Of a stretch of DNA of 64,000 nt, positions 20,063 through 31,003 are shown piece after piece. The first letter of the stretch is position 1; the number at the start of each line of letters is the position of its first letter. The DNA comes from an uncultured delta proteobacterium. GTDB lineage: Bacteria > Desulfobacterota > RBG-13-43-22. The position numbers were made by a program, and so were the translations under genes. The stretch lies in contig CAWDKY010000028.1 of NCBI GenBank assembly GCA_963802945.1, forward strand, positions 64,001 through 128,000, given 5' to 3'. The notes under the pieces were generated by a model that was not told the origin of the DNA, did no database searches, and was given only the letters and a program-made list of their open reading frames with translations.

Positions 20063-21178
20063 TCAATCGGTCACAAATTTGGGAGCATTTTTTAAAATTT
20101 GTGTGGCTTCATTCATAATCTTGTCGACCAGATCCTGAACCTTGGGAAGATCATCCACCCTCTGGGCACACTCTCCACCGGCCATAAGGGCTTTTTCCCG
20201 GTCACCCATGCATACGGCTTTAATGCCTTCCCGTTCATAGGCAACCAATTCTTGGGATCCTTGAGAATTGTAGTCGTCCGGTGTATCTAAGTAGATGGAA
20301 GGCGCTTTAGTCAGGGTATTTTTTTGATGTTCAAGGCTTGTAGGAGTCTTCAACCACCTAGCAGGTCCAACCATACCGCGGGCCACCAAGGTCCCTCTAT
20401 CCGGTGTTTTTACTACCTGTTCCTTCCATAATTGGTGGAAGTCGCTTTCTTGAGTCGCCAGGAATCTTGTCCCCATTTGCGCTCCGGCTGCGCCCAGGGC
20501 AATGGCAGCGGCAAGAGTTTTGCCGTCACAGAATCCGCCGGCTCCGGCTATTGGAATATTCGTGCTCGCCAGGGCATCCACCACCGATGGAAGCAAGGTC
20601 ATGGAGTGGACCGGCTCCCAGGAGGTGTGAAAACCGCCCTCATGACCGGAGGCAACGATGCAGTCCACACCGGCTTTGGCGCACCGAAGAGCGCCTTTGA
20701 CCGAGGGGACGACATGCAACCAGGTAAATCCGGCCTTTTTTATCTTGTCTCCCCAGGGGAGTGGGTCCCCGGCCGAGGTAAATATTACTTTGAAATGATT
20801 TTTCATCTCAGGATTTTCATTAACGACCTGTACCGCTTTATCGATGAGGATAGTTGATAAGGGGACTAATTCCGCCGATACCATGACGTTAATGCCGAAA
20901 ATGCCTCCTTTATCCTTGGTTAGACGGTAGGTCCGTTTTAAGACCTTTTCCAGCACCGTGGGCATATCATCATCCATCGTAGCCTCAGCGGTCTCCACAA
21001 AGGCATTGTAGATCCAGGGTTGTTCTGTTTTGTTAAAAATACCGCTGGTTGAAAGCAGTCCAAGGACTCCAGCATTGGCCGCAGCCACGCAAAGGTTGTT
21101 GTTGCTGAAAGGGCCCATGCCGGCTTGAATAATCGGATGTTTAATCCCAAGTTTTTCTGTCAATTTGGTTTTAATCAT
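20063..21178 (-). CDS. Nitronate monooxygenase / FabK-like FMN-dependent oxidoreductase
   Basis: PIIQAGMG, SGHEGGFH, AGGFCDG and QMGTRFLATQES. Confidence 0.88.
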   Translation of the reverse strand: MIKTKLTEKLGIKHPIIQAGMGPFSNNNLCVAAANAGVLGLLSTSGIFNKTEQPWIYNAFVETAEATMDDDMPTVLEKVLKRTYRLTKDKGGIFGINVMVSAELVPLSTILIDKAVQVVNENPEMKNHFKVIFTSAGDPLPWGDKIKKAGFTWLHVVPSVKGALRCAKAGVDCIVASGHEGGFHTSWEPVHSMTLLPSVVDALASTNIPIAGAGGFCDGKTLAAAIALGAAGAQMGTRFLATQESDFHQLWKEQVVKTPDRGTLVARGMVGPARWLKTPTSLEHQKNTLTKAPSIYLDTPDDYNSQGSQELVAYEREGIKAVCMGDREKALMAGGECAQRVDDLPKVQDLVDKIMNEATQILKNAPKFVTD

Positions 21179-21315
21179 TTGTTCCTCCTGACTTGATGAT
21201 TGGAAAATAAGATTTTGGAAGATGATTATAAAGAATTACTTTTGGGATGTCAAAAAAAAAACAAGAAAAGACAGCTTTTTCCATTATGGTCGGGAAAACC
21301 TCTTTGTCTCGGTCT

Positions 21316-21894
21316 TCATGGTGATTGGAGTGGGAAGGGAGGCTTGAGGCCTTCAGCCAGACCGACATCAAAAGCGTTCAGGGTCATGGCAGCCAGGGTA
21401 TAATAACCAATGGTAGCTATGATATCCACTAACCCCCGTTCGCCGAACAACCCGACTGCTTTTTGATAGAGATTCATGGGAAGTTGATGGGTTTTGTGCA
21501 AGGCTTGGCAGACGTCATAGACGACCAGTTCATCTTCAGGGGCCTTCTCGGGCCGGTGTTGATCAAAGACGGCATCAATGACCTCCTGGGTGACCCCGTT
21601 TTCCAAGGCCATCTTGGAGTGACTTACCCATTCAACATTGGCTTCCCAAAATCGACCTGTGATGATGATGGCCAATTCGATCAGCCGGCGGTCGAGGGAT
21701 GTCCGTTCCCAGATGAAATTCCCGAAGCTGACGGCTCGTCGGGCGACTTCAGGGCTGCGAATCCAGGGATCAAAAGGCCCGCCATAGCTCCCATCGGGCC
21801 TCGGCTTACGGAATTTGCCGATTCGGTTATACTGTGCTAATTCCTCCGGCGTCATTTCTTCTGGTTTTTTATTGATCAGTCGCGTCATATACAA
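21316..21894 (-). CDS. Carboxymuconolactone decarboxylase/AhpD-like protein
   Basis: GPFDPWIRSPE, ELAIIITGR..EWVSH and IGYYTLAAMTLNAF. Confidence 0.8.
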   Translation of the reverse strand: MYMTRLINKKPEEMTPEELAQYNRIGKFRKPRPDGSYGGPFDPWIRSPEVARRAVSFGNFIWERTSLDRRLIELAIIITGRFWEANVEWVSHSKMALENGVTQEVIDAVFDQHRPEKAPEDELVVYDVCQALHKTHQLPMNLYQKAVGLFGERGLVDIIATIGYYTLAAMTLNAFDVGLAEGLKPPFPLQSP

Positions 21895-21981
21895 TTCCCT
21901 CTTCGGTTTAATGAGTAGAAGAACCGATTCATAGACTATAGAGATCTGGCCCTCCTCCTGAACAGTATCCTAAAAAGCGGC

Positions 21982-22554
21982 CTAGCGATTTCCCCCTATG
22001 ATTCGACGGAGAGTCCAGGCCAGTAATCCTATAATAAATATTCCAATAATAATGGTAAGTTCATAATGTTTGATATCCTTAATTAGAATGTGCAGGGCTT
22101 CACCAAAAAGATAGCCTCCCATGGAAATAATTACAGACCAAACCACCGCCCCCAAGGTATTAAGCACCAAAAATCGGGCTGATTTAATTTTATGATTCAT
22201 GCCCAATACTATCGGAGTCAAGATACGTATGCCGTATATAAATCGAAAACCTATCATAACCAAATCATTATAACGTTCTAAAAAAAGATGGATCCTGTCC
22301 ACCCGTTTCTGAGTTTTTTTAAATCTTGACAATAACGTTTGCCCTTTTAAACGACCGAGGATGAAAAAAAATTGGTCTCCGACAAAACTTCCAATAAAAG
22401 CAGTTAACATAACCCAAGGTAACTTAAGATATCCTAAATGGGCAATAAATCCTCCCACAACTAAAATAGTCTCCCCTTCAAAGAACGTACCTATAATTAT
22501 GCCCCAATAACCATAAGTACGAAGAAGATAATCTATGGTGAAAAAAGATTTCAT
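21982..22554 (-). CDS. DedA family membrane protein
   Basis: GTFFEGET, GDQFFFILGR and RFIYGIR; likely start MKSFF at 22554. Confidence 0.88.
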   Translation of the reverse strand: MKSFFTIDYLLRTYGYWGIIIGTFFEGETILVVGGFIAHLGYLKLPWVMLTAFIGSFVGDQFFFILGRLKGQTLLSRFKKTQKRVDRIHLFLERYNDLVMIGFRFIYGIRILTPIVLGMNHKIKSARFLVLNTLGAVVWSVIISMGGYLFGEALHILIKDIKHYELTIIIGIFIIGLLAWTLRRIIGGNR

Positions 22555-22898
22555 CCTGCCAGCCGTATAAATAGAACTAGGGTTATTTTCATAAAAATAG
22601 CTACTTTGAGGTCCAATAAATGGAGTCGGATCTGGGATGGTAATGAAACGTTTCTGCAAGTGGTAGATTTTTTCGTTTCCGCAAAAAGGAGCTCCCCTTG
22701 GAAACAAATTATTTAGAATATCATTTTAATAGGGTATTTCTATAAGTCAATCATTTTTTCGATGTCGGCCTTCAGCAACCGACTATGGCTTTTGTTTCTC
22801 CGCGAGTCCTTCAGAACGGTTCCTGCAAAGACCCATGAAATTCTCCAAGGGCAGAAGTGAAGGGAAAAGAAAGGAGGACTCTTGGGTTGCGTTCCATT

Positions 22899-25130
22899 TT
22901 AGAAATTTAGCGTCATTAGTATGGATGAAAGATTTTGGTCCTGCTTAATGATTTCCCGGTCATCTAAGTTCGACAGATCCCCTCCGATATGATTTTCAAT
23001 CATTTGAAGCGATTTATTGATATGACGAATAAATTCATCGGCAGGCATCATCTCTCCATAGGATTGAGTAAAAGAATAGATGCACAGGTCGATTTTTTCC
23101 ATAGATCGGGCTATTTCCAGGGCATTTTTTAATAGCCGTACAACAGTTCGAATGTTCGCGCCTGTTCGATAGGGCAAAAAATCCCAGAGGCAAACTGCGG
23201 TACAGAAATAGGTGGTGGGACGGTAGGTTTGAAGGGAGAACGAGTCGTCATGGATTTCAAAAGCCCTGGTAATGGATTGCACCAGAAAATCATATTGACT
23301 CTCTGGTGAAAGATCTTCTCTTAAAAAACCGATCTGCCACTGAAATTCCCTGGAAGGCCGTCTGACCACTTCCGGTTTGGAATCGACGGGTTTTTGGGGA
23401 TTGGTCAGGATATCTCTATCGTTTTTCAAAATCGCTTTGAGCACCCTGACACTATCGAGAAGGTAGGAGGATCGGATGCCGGACGGAGAAACCGTCATTC
23501 CCTTCTCAAAAAACTCTTCCGCCTTATCCAGGGCTTGGAAAACGATCCCCCTCAATCGATCGACCTCCGCTGGCAATCCGTGAAAGCTTTTGATGCCCTG
23601 CCGGAGGTGTCTGACCGTCAACATGGCCTTGGCCATGTTATCCACTCCATATTCACAGTAAAAATCTTCGGATTGACCGGCGCAATGCTCCTGGATGTAG
23701 AGGGCCTCTTGTTCTGCCTGTCTGAATAATCCTTCGGCAACAGCATAAGAAGAGGACTTGATGGCCAGATTGCGGAAAATCGCCATGCGAAGGGTTCTGG
23801 CAACCAAATGGGTGGGATCGATGGAAAGGACAATACGAAGAATTTCAATGGCTTCCCAGAATCTCTGCCGATAATAAAGGGTTTTGGCGATTTCAACGCC
23901 TAAGAGGGAATTATGAGGGAATTTAAAAAAGGTGGTAACGGAATTCAGTTCATCGGTTTCACCGGGCCTGGACTTGTTTTCCGGCGGAGACCAAAGCAGC
24001 CGAGTCAAATTTTTTATGGACGTCGGGTTGTTTTGCAGGATTCGATCTTCCAATAAATCGGGAACAAAGTCAAAATACAGGGTACTCCAAAGGGCGACAA
24101 CCCACCAGATCGTCAGGGCTTCGCCGTTAAATAAGGTGATTTCCGTCGGGCGTTCGCATAAAATGATCCGAATATCGTTGATCAACAGACATTGACGGGC
24201 AAAATCCGTCACCCGGATCACCGGGTCACCGGGCAGCTTGGCGTTTAAAATAGGAAGCAAATAATTATCTAGATTGCTGTATTCGCCGGCAGCGATCCCG
24301 ATGGATAAAAACCGATTCTTAGTGCAGTATTTGGACAAGGCCCAACGGATGGCGATCTGGTGGGCCAGGGAAACAGCGCTTCGCAGGCATTGTCGATAAG
24401 ATACAGGGTCGCCTGGTTCCTCTTCTTTGGGAAAGTCAACATATAAAGTCGTAATGTCGTGAGACCGGATGCGTCCCCATCGACCGTATAGAAAGTTGCC
24501 TACGGATTGTTCAATAAAATTTTTAAGGGATTTCTTAAGCCAGCCGACGATATCATGATCGATGACATCTCCCCGGCCGTAAAGGGCAAAACCGATCCGG
24601 ACACCTTCCCGATAATTCTCCGAAGGTTTGCTTTGACTGCAGAGTTTCATCAAGGTTTCATAATTCCAAAGAGGACCCAGATCTCCCCGCTCGTGACCCA
24701 GCCAAAAGGCCAGACTTCTTAAAACGTCTTGTTTATAAGATGTATCGGCCGGTTCTTTTTTCAATCGTGTCAGCATTGAATTACTCACCCGAGGCAATTC
24801 AATCCGATATTTGGCAATCAGGGCATTGACCCGATCCGTCAAGGCGCGTCCAGAAAGATTTAGTTTGAGGATCTCCTCTTTCTTTTCCAACAATTCTTTA
24901 AAATCGAGACGATTAGGCGGGGTACAGTCCTGCAGGGAACGGGCATGCTGGCGGATGAACGTTTCCAGGTTTTTAAATTCTTCTTTTTTAATGAGATGGT
25001 TCTTGAAGGCAAAGGTTATAAAGGAATTCAGGGCTTTTTTATCGTCGCTGTTTCCGGAAAATCGGGTTAGGGTCTCTATGTTCGGAAAAACCGCCAGAAG
25101 GGCTGAAAATAATTTATCCTTTTTTTTCAT
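22899..25130 (-). CDS. Hypothetical 743-aa protein (possible HTH + degenerate nucleotide-cyclase-like + TPR architecture)
   Basis: Long ORF; LSIGIAAGE resembles a cyclase strand motif; TPR-like EAIEILRIVLSIDPTH. Confidence 0.6.
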   Translation of the reverse strand: MKKKDKLFSALLAVFPNIETLTRFSGNSDDKKALNSFITFAFKNHLIKKEEFKNLETFIRQHARSLQDCTPPNRLDFKELLEKKEEILKLNLSGRALTDRVNALIAKYRIELPRVSNSMLTRLKKEPADTSYKQDVLRSLAFWLGHERGDLGPLWNYETLMKLCSQSKPSENYREGVRIGFALYGRGDVIDHDIVGWLKKSLKNFIEQSVGNFLYGRWGRIRSHDITTLYVDFPKEEEPGDPVSYRQCLRSAVSLAHQIAIRWALSKYCTKNRFLSIGIAAGEYSNLDNYLLPILNAKLPGDPVIRVTDFARQCLLINDIRIILCERPTEITLFNGEALTIWWVVALWSTLYFDFVPDLLEDRILQNNPTSIKNLTRLLWSPPENKSRPGETDELNSVTTFFKFPHNSLLGVEIAKTLYYRQRFWEAIEILRIVLSIDPTHLVARTLRMAIFRNLAIKSSSYAVAEGLFRQAEQEALYIQEHCAGQSEDFYCEYGVDNMAKAMLTVRHLRQGIKSFHGLPAEVDRLRGIVFQALDKAEEFFEKGMTVSPSGIRSSYLLDSVRVLKAILKNDRDILTNPQKPVDSKPEVVRRPSREFQWQIGFLREDLSPESQYDFLVQSITRAFEIHDDSFSLQTYRPTTYFCTAVCLWDFLPYRTGANIRTVVRLLKNALEIARSMEKIDLCIYSFTQSYGEMMPADEFIRHINKSLQMIENHIGGDLSNLDDREIIKQDQNLSSILMTLNF

Positions 25131-25411
25131 AAGGTTACTCCGAAATGAACGAAATTAATCTCATTTTTCCGAGGACCTCAAGGAAATGGTATACAGGGCC
25201 TCAAAAACAAACCATTGTTTTACAATAAAACGGCATTCTCAATAAAACACTTAAAAATATTGACTACTATTTTAACACAGCATATAAAGGCGTATAATAT
25301 AGAAAAATATTGGGACATAAAATGTTGCACTTGTCAAGAGAAGAACCGGAGGGCCCTCGATGGAAGTTGTCATTTTATAAGGCCTAAAAAAAATAACAGG
25401 AGGTATTTCTA

Positions 25412-25831
25412 ATGGTTAAATATGGTACACAAGAATGGTGTGATGTTTACATGGAGGAGATCAATAAAAGCAAAGCTTACGAAGAGGCGGCTAGGACCTG
25501 GGAAGGGGACTTTTACTTTATCTTCGATAAAGGCGGCCCGGTCAAAGAGCCGATTTATATGTATGTTGATCTGTATCATGGCAAATGTCGAAAGTCAGAG
25601 ATTGTCGATGATCCCAAAAAATACAACCCGGAGTTCATTATTCTGGCACCTTATGCCATCTGGAAGAGGATATGCCTGAAACAGCTTGATTCCACGCAGG
25701 CCCTAATCACCAAGCAATCCAAGCTCATGACCGGGAGCCGAGGCACCATGTCCAAAATCATGCGTTATACCAAGGCGGCCAATGAGCTGACCAACATCAC
25801 GTCAAAAATAGATACTGAATGGCTGGACTAA
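25412..25831 (+). CDS. SCP2 sterol/lipid-binding domain protein
   Basis: YEEAARTWEGDF, DLYHGKC and WKRIC..LD...ALI..KL pattern; RBS aggagg. Confidence 0.75.
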   Translation: MVKYGTQEWCDVYMEEINKSKAYEEAARTWEGDFYFIFDKGGPVKEPIYMYVDLYHGKCRKSEIVDDPKKYNPEFIILAPYAIWKRICLKQLDSTQALITKQSKLMTGSRGTMSKIMRYTKAANELTNITSKIDTEWLD

Positions 25832-25839
25832 AAGAGTAT

Positions 25840-25893
25840 TGAGTTCAGAGTGATGAGTTCGGAGTAAAAACTAAATATTCCGAACTCTGAACT
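25840..25893. repeat. Heptamer GTTCRGA inverted-repeat element
   Basis: gagttcagag..gagttcggag / tccgaactctgaact. Confidence 0.65.
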
Positions 25894-25962
25894 AAAAATT
25901 CGATTTACAGCACCCTTGACCCGGTGAATCCTCGGACCCTTTTATAATATAAGGAGGTCAGT

Positions 25963-27135
25963 ATGTGGACTTTTTCATCTCCCTTTATCGCTTATGGAGA
26001 CAACGCCTTGGAATACCTGGCCCAAATTTCGGGAGAAAAGGCGTTTATTGTTACGGATAAAAACATTGTTTCACTCGGCCTGTTAAAACCGGTTATTGAT
26101 CAGTTGGAAGCCAAAGGGATGACCTGGGAAATCTTCGATGAAGTGGAACCGGAGCCGTCGCTGATCACCATCAAGAAAGGCGGTGTGGCCGTGAATCAAT
26201 ACCAGCCCAATTGGGTCATCGGTGTGGGCGGAGGCTCCTGCCTGGATGCCGCCAAAGCCATTATCCTGATGCTGGCCCGACCGGATCTAGAACCGGATGC
26301 CTTTATCGCCTCGGATACATACAATTTTAGGGAAAAAGCCCGTCTAATGGCCATCCCGACCACCAGCGGAACCGGTTCCGAAGCAACCTGGGCCATCGTC
26401 CTGACCGACACAGAATTCCAGCGCAAGGTGGGGCTGGGCACTACCGAGTGTATGCCGGATGTGGCCATCCTGGATCCGGTCATGGTAGCCAGTATGCCCC
26501 TGAAAATTACGGCCGAGACCGGCATGGATGTCCTAACCCACGCTATTGAGGGATACACCTCGACCTGGGGTACCAGCTTCACGGATGCCCCGGGACTGAT
26601 TGCCGCCCGACAGGCCATGAAGTATCTTCCCAAAGCCTGTCAAAACGGGAGTGATCTCGAGGCGCGCAAAGAAATGATGTACGCCGCTACGCTGGCCGGC
26701 ATGTCTTTCGGCAATTCTATGGCCGGACTCGGGCACAGCACCGGCCACGCCTTAGGAGCTGTTTTCCACCAGCCCCACGGGCGTACTGTCGGCCTTTTCC
26801 TGCCCTATACCATGGAATATTTGATCAATGCTTCGGAAGAAACAACCGCGAAATATGCCGAGATAGCCCGTTTTTGCCAAATAGCCTCCGGCGCGGAACA
26901 AGAATGCGCCAAAGCCCTGGTAGCCAGCGTCCGTGCCCTGGCCGAAGGAATCGGTCAACCGCTCGCGGTCAAAGACTTAGGCATAGATAAGGCCAAATAT
27001 GATGAATCGATGCCCGGATTGATAGATCGGGCGCTGAATGAGGTCATGACGATAACCGTCACCCGTGTACCAGGTGAAGAAGATCTGGAAAAGATTTTCC
27101 GCTATGCCTATGATGGGCGACCCATTGATTTTTGA
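25963..27135 (+). CDS. Iron-containing alcohol dehydrogenase
   Basis: GGGSCLDAAK, PTTSGTGSE, DVLTHAIE and GHSTGH..PHG metal ligands. Confidence 0.93.
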   Translation: MWTFSSPFIAYGDNALEYLAQISGEKAFIVTDKNIVSLGLLKPVIDQLEAKGMTWEIFDEVEPEPSLITIKKGGVAVNQYQPNWVIGVGGGSCLDAAKAIILMLARPDLEPDAFIASDTYNFREKARLMAIPTTSGTGSEATWAIVLTDTEFQRKVGLGTTECMPDVAILDPVMVASMPLKITAETGMDVLTHAIEGYTSTWGTSFTDAPGLIAARQAMKYLPKACQNGSDLEARKEMMYAATLAGMSFGNSMAGLGHSTGHALGAVFHQPHGRTVGLFLPYTMEYLINASEETTAKYAEIARFCQIASGAEQECAKALVASVRALAEGIGQPLAVKDLGIDKAKYDESMPGLIDRALNEVMTITVTRVPGEEDLEKIFRYAYDGRPIDF

Positions 27136-27169
27136 AGTTGAAAATTGAGTTGGCGGATTTTTTTGTTTA

Positions 27170-27240
27170 AAGTTTGGAGTTCAGAGTTCGGAGCGTTGCT
27201 TTTCTCTGAACCCATCACTCCGAACTCCTTACTCCGAACT
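27170..27240. repeat. Heptamer GTTCRGA inverted-repeat element
   Basis: ggagttcagagttcggag / actccgaactcc..actccgaact. Confidence 0.65.
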
Positions 27241-27260
27241 AATGACCCGAGGTTAATGTC

Positions 27261-29108
27261 ATGAACGGATATCAAGGCAAGATATTGATAGCTGACCTCA
27301 CAACAGGTACACTCACCGATGAACCTCTAAAAGAAAATTATGCCCATGACTTTCTGGGCAGTACGGGCCTGGCGGCACGCTACCTGTTTGATCTGGTCGA
27401 TGAAAAAACCGACCCGCTCGGACCGGAAAATCCCCTCATCCTCATGACCGGTCTTCTCAACGGCACTATTGGGCCCAGTGTCAGCCGCTGGGGAGGTGCG
27501 ACCAAATCCCCTTACACCGGGCACTACGGCGATGCCAATGCCGGTGCCTGGTTCGGCGCGGAGCTTAGAAAAGCCGGATATGACGGCATCATCCTCAAAG
27601 GCCATTCAGCCAAACCGGTATATCTTTACATCAAGGACGGTATGGCAAGGCTTAAAGATGCCGCTTCCCTGTGGGGCCTGGATACGGCCAAGACCCAGGA
27701 AGAAATCAAAAAGAGTTGCGGGGACAAACGCACACAAATTGCCTGTATCGGCCCCGCTTCAGAAAATTTGGTCCTTTACGGCAATATCATGTCCGAATAC
27801 GGTCACAGCCTGGGCCGGGCCGGATTGGGTTGTGTCATGGGTTCCAAGCAGATCAAGGCTGTTGCGGTTCGCGGCAGTACGAAGCTGCCGATGCAGGACC
27901 CGGAAAAATTTCGTCAGTCCGCTATTAAAGCCATGACCGAGGTCAAGGAAGCCTTTTTAACCCAGTGGCTGCACGAAGGCGGAACCGCCTCATGGGTGGA
28001 TTCGGCCATTGCCTATGGCGACGGTCCTTCCAAATATTACACCGCCCCCACCATGCCGGAAGCCACAGTTATAAGCGGGGCCACGATGGTTGAGACCTGC
28101 CAGATTGGCCACACCGGCTGTTTCGGCTGTCCTATACGCTGCCGCAAGGTGCTCCAAATCAAAGAAGGAAAGTATCAGTATGAAAAGGTCGAAGGTCCTG
28201 AATATGAATCCCTGATTGCCCTGGGGGCTATGATGGGGCTCGACCTGGATATGTCCACGGCTGTTTATTTAAATGAGTTGTGTAACCAATATGGATTTGA
28301 TACGATTAGTGGTGGGGCCAGCGCCGGCTATGCCTTCTATCTCTATGAGTTGGGGATAATCTCAGACCAGGACACCGGCGGTCTTAAACTCACTTGGGGG
28401 AATACTGACGCGGCTATAGAGCTGCTGCATCTGATTGGAAAAAACAAAGGCTTTGGGGCTGTGGTGGCTGAAGGGACTAAGCGGATGGCAAAAAAGTACA
28501 GTCGCCCTCCCGGTGAGGCCGTTCAGACCAAGGGCCTTGAACTCCCCATGCACGATCCAAGGGCTTATCACTCCATGGGGGTTGTTTATGCCACTGCTCC
28601 GCGTGGAGCGGATCATAATAAAAGTGACGGATACCAAGTGGACGGGGGGACAGGCCATCCCGACCTGGGCCTTAATGCCGCTGACCGTTGGGGCGACGAT
28701 AGGGCGGAAATGGTGACCATAAGCCAGAATTTCCGAGCCTTGACTGATTCCCTGGGCATCTGTCATTTTGCACAAATACCTTTTACCTTGATAGTCGATA
28801 TGATCACTGCGGCTACAGGCTGGAATACCAACATGGAGCAGTTATTGAAGACCGGAGAACGCATTTTTCAGCTCCAACGGGCACTGTCTTGTAAGCTCGG
28901 GATCACCGCCGGGGATGACCAGCTCCCGGAACTGGTCCAGCGGCCCATTCCTGACGGCGGACAAGAAGGACACGTCCCCAACATGGAAAAGATGCTGCCC
29001 GAGTACTATAAGATCAGAGACTGGGATAACGTCAGCGGCCGGCCATCAAAACAACGATTGGAAAACCTCGGTATGCCGGAAATCGCAGCTTCAATAGGGG
29101 CTGAGTAA
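27261..29108 (+). CDS. aor: Aldehyde:ferredoxin oxidoreductase (tungsten/molybdopterin AOR family)
   Basis: DPLGPEN, KSPYTG, GRAGLGCVMGSK, CFGCPIRC, GPEYE, DTIS, HDPR and DSLGIC. Confidence 0.93.
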   Translation: MNGYQGKILIADLTTGTLTDEPLKENYAHDFLGSTGLAARYLFDLVDEKTDPLGPENPLILMTGLLNGTIGPSVSRWGGATKSPYTGHYGDANAGAWFGAELRKAGYDGIILKGHSAKPVYLYIKDGMARLKDAASLWGLDTAKTQEEIKKSCGDKRTQIACIGPASENLVLYGNIMSEYGHSLGRAGLGCVMGSKQIKAVAVRGSTKLPMQDPEKFRQSAIKAMTEVKEAFLTQWLHEGGTASWVDSAIAYGDGPSKYYTAPTMPEATVISGATMVETCQIGHTGCFGCPIRCRKVLQIKEGKYQYEKVEGPEYESLIALGAMMGLDLDMSTAVYLNELCNQYGFDTISGGASAGYAFYLYELGIISDQDTGGLKLTWGNTDAAIELLHLIGKNKGFGAVVAEGTKRMAKKYSRPPGEAVQTKGLELPMHDPRAYHSMGVVYATAPRGADHNKSDGYQVDGGTGHPDLGLNAADRWGDDRAEMVTISQNFRALTDSLGICHFAQIPFTLIVDMITAATGWNTNMEQLLKTGERIFQLQRALSCKLGITAGDDQLPELVQRPIPDGGQEGHVPNMEKMLPEYYKIRDWDNVSGRPSKQRLENLGMPEIAASIGAE

Positions 29109-29177
29109 AATAGGAGTATTTTATATCCGGCATGAAAGAGCAGAAGGAGAGCTTTTAGCTATGTGTGATTGGTATTA

Positions 29178-29256
29178 AGTTCGGAGTTAAGAGTTCAGAG
29201 TAAATATTTCTAAAAAAAATTTCCTTCTCTGAACTCCGAACTGATCGCTCCGAACT
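29178..29256. repeat. Heptamer GTTCRGA inverted-repeat element
   Basis: agttcggagttaagagttcagag / ctctgaactccgaact..ctccgaact. Confidence 0.65.
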
Positions 29257-29309
29257 AAACTTTATTTACAAAACGCATAGCAGATGAGCGAGGTGCGAGT
29301 CTATAGGTT

Positions 29310-29594
29310 ATGGCGAGGGTTACTGTCAACTTTCTCGGGCCCCTGAGGCTGTTTCTGGGTGAGCCCTCGACCATCGTCGAAGCCGGCCGTGTTATTGAAG
29401 TCAGAAAAGTTATTGAGGAAAAATACGGTCCCGTATTTCAGAAAAAACTTCAATCCATGGGAGTCAAAAAGAATCAGTCCCTTTGGGACAACAGCCTGTT
29501 CCTACTAAACGGCCGGAGCTTAAAGAAGGAAGATGATGTAGTTCTTAAAGACGGTGACAAACTTGATTTAGGGCTGGCTGTTGCCGGAGGTTAA
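29310..29594 (+). CDS. MoaD/ThiS family sulfur carrier
   Basis: C-terminal AVAGG and LLNGR..LKDGD; downstream of AOR. Confidence 0.85.
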   Translation: MARVTVNFLGPLRLFLGEPSTIVEAGRVIEVRKVIEEKYGPVFQKKLQSMGVKKNQSLWDNSLFLLNGRSLKKEDDVVLKDGDKLDLGLAVAGG

Positions 29595-29712
29595 TTGGAT
29601 ATTACCTCGGATACCGTTGGTAAAAACTTGGAAGGGGGGGAGGAAATAGAAACTGGTTAAGATTTGAAGTGAACCAAGTTCGTGACTAAAAAAAAAAGGA
29701 GGAGCAGAACTC

Positions 29713-30939
29713 ATGAAAAAATGGACTATCCTATGGGCAGTTTTATTCATCACCATTATGGCCTTTGGTTTGGCTGGTGCACAGACCGCACCCATCGTCA
29801 TCAAGGTAGGCATGCCAACGTGTCTGAGCGGTCCGGGAGCACCTTGGGGTCAGATTGGTATGGAACCCTATCTAACCTGGATTGATCTTTTCAACAAAGA
29901 AGGTTTTAAAGTAGCAGGCAAGACTTACAATTTTAAATTGATCACCGTTGACGATAAAAACACCCCCGAGGGTGGTGCGGCAGCAGCCAAACAGCTCATC
30001 TACACCGACGGCTGTAAGTTCCTAGTCGGACATTGGACCTGGAATTTTCCTTCTGTAGCTACGGTGGCCAATCAAGCCAAGGCCATTTTATTTACCCGGA
30101 ACGGAAATGAGGCCTTACCCGGCGGCCTTGGCGTCTATGACCCCAAAAAATTTCCTTACGTGGTTTTTGCCAATAACTCTTGGGACCAATATCTTCACGA
30201 TCACCTGGCCATAGTCGAGGCCTATCCCAATTACAAAAAAATAGGGGTTCTGGATTGTGTCGTGGGCAAGGGCACGTCCACGGAGTTATTAGTTGATACG
30301 TTCTTTAAAAAGAACGGAATTCGCTATGTCAGGGAATGGTTCCCCTTCGGACAACAAGATTTTACGCCTTATATCACCCGGTTCAAAGAGGCAGGATGTG
30401 ACATCATTTATCTCGCCGGATGGGTCGGGGAAACCATGGCCTTCGCCAAACAGCGCTGGGAGATGGGATATAAAGATATGAAAGTCGGTCACGCCGGTCC
30501 GTTTGTCGATGTAGCCATGTATCGTGCGGTTAGCGGCCCCGATGCAGTTCAGGGCTTAATCGGGCAGTATTGGGCCAACTGGGAGTTCAAGAAGACCAAG
30601 GTGAATCCTAAATATATAAAGATGTGTCAAGAGGTCAATGAGATTGTATCAAAGAAACAAGGTAAACCATTTGACTACACCGGGTGGGTAGGCTGGCTCC
30701 CGAACCATTTGCTGATCCTGGCCCAAGCCATGCAAAAGGCCGGGACGGTGGACGACACCGACAAAATCATGAAAGCCATCCGGGGTGGCACTTTTGACAC
30801 CACGATAGGCAAATGGACCATGTCAGGGGCAAAGACTTGGGGGTCACCGATCGTTTTCGGATGCCCGGCCGCCCTCTGCGTGATCCAAGGAAAAAAAGAA
30901 GTCTATCTGAGCGAACATCCTGTAACACCGATTCCATAG
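29713..30939 (+). CDS. ABC transporter substrate-binding protein (Liv-type)
   Basis: Signal peptide, LSGPGAPWG, DFTPYIT and AMQKAGTVDD. Confidence 0.88.
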   Translation: MKKWTILWAVLFITIMAFGLAGAQTAPIVIKVGMPTCLSGPGAPWGQIGMEPYLTWIDLFNKEGFKVAGKTYNFKLITVDDKNTPEGGAAAAKQLIYTDGCKFLVGHWTWNFPSVATVANQAKAILFTRNGNEALPGGLGVYDPKKFPYVVFANNSWDQYLHDHLAIVEAYPNYKKIGVLDCVVGKGTSTELLVDTFFKKNGIRYVREWFPFGQQDFTPYITRFKEAGCDIIYLAGWVGETMAFAKQRWEMGYKDMKVGHAGPFVDVAMYRAVSGPDAVQGLIGQYWANWEFKKTKVNPKYIKMCQEVNEIVSKKQGKPFDYTGWVGWLPNHLLILAQAMQKAGTVDDTDKIMKAIRGGTFDTTIGKWTMSGAKTWGSPIVFGCPAALCVIQGKKEVYLSEHPVTPIP

Positions 30940-31003
30940 TTAAGCAAAAAAAGAAAAGGGTTTTTCATTAAAAATTTTAAGTTGAATTTCGCAGCCTGGA
31001 CAA

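Noticed and set aside
11684-29256. Short repeat clusters as CRISPR arrays
   Set aside because: Units are 7-8 bp, have no unique spacers of constant length, and no cas genes are present
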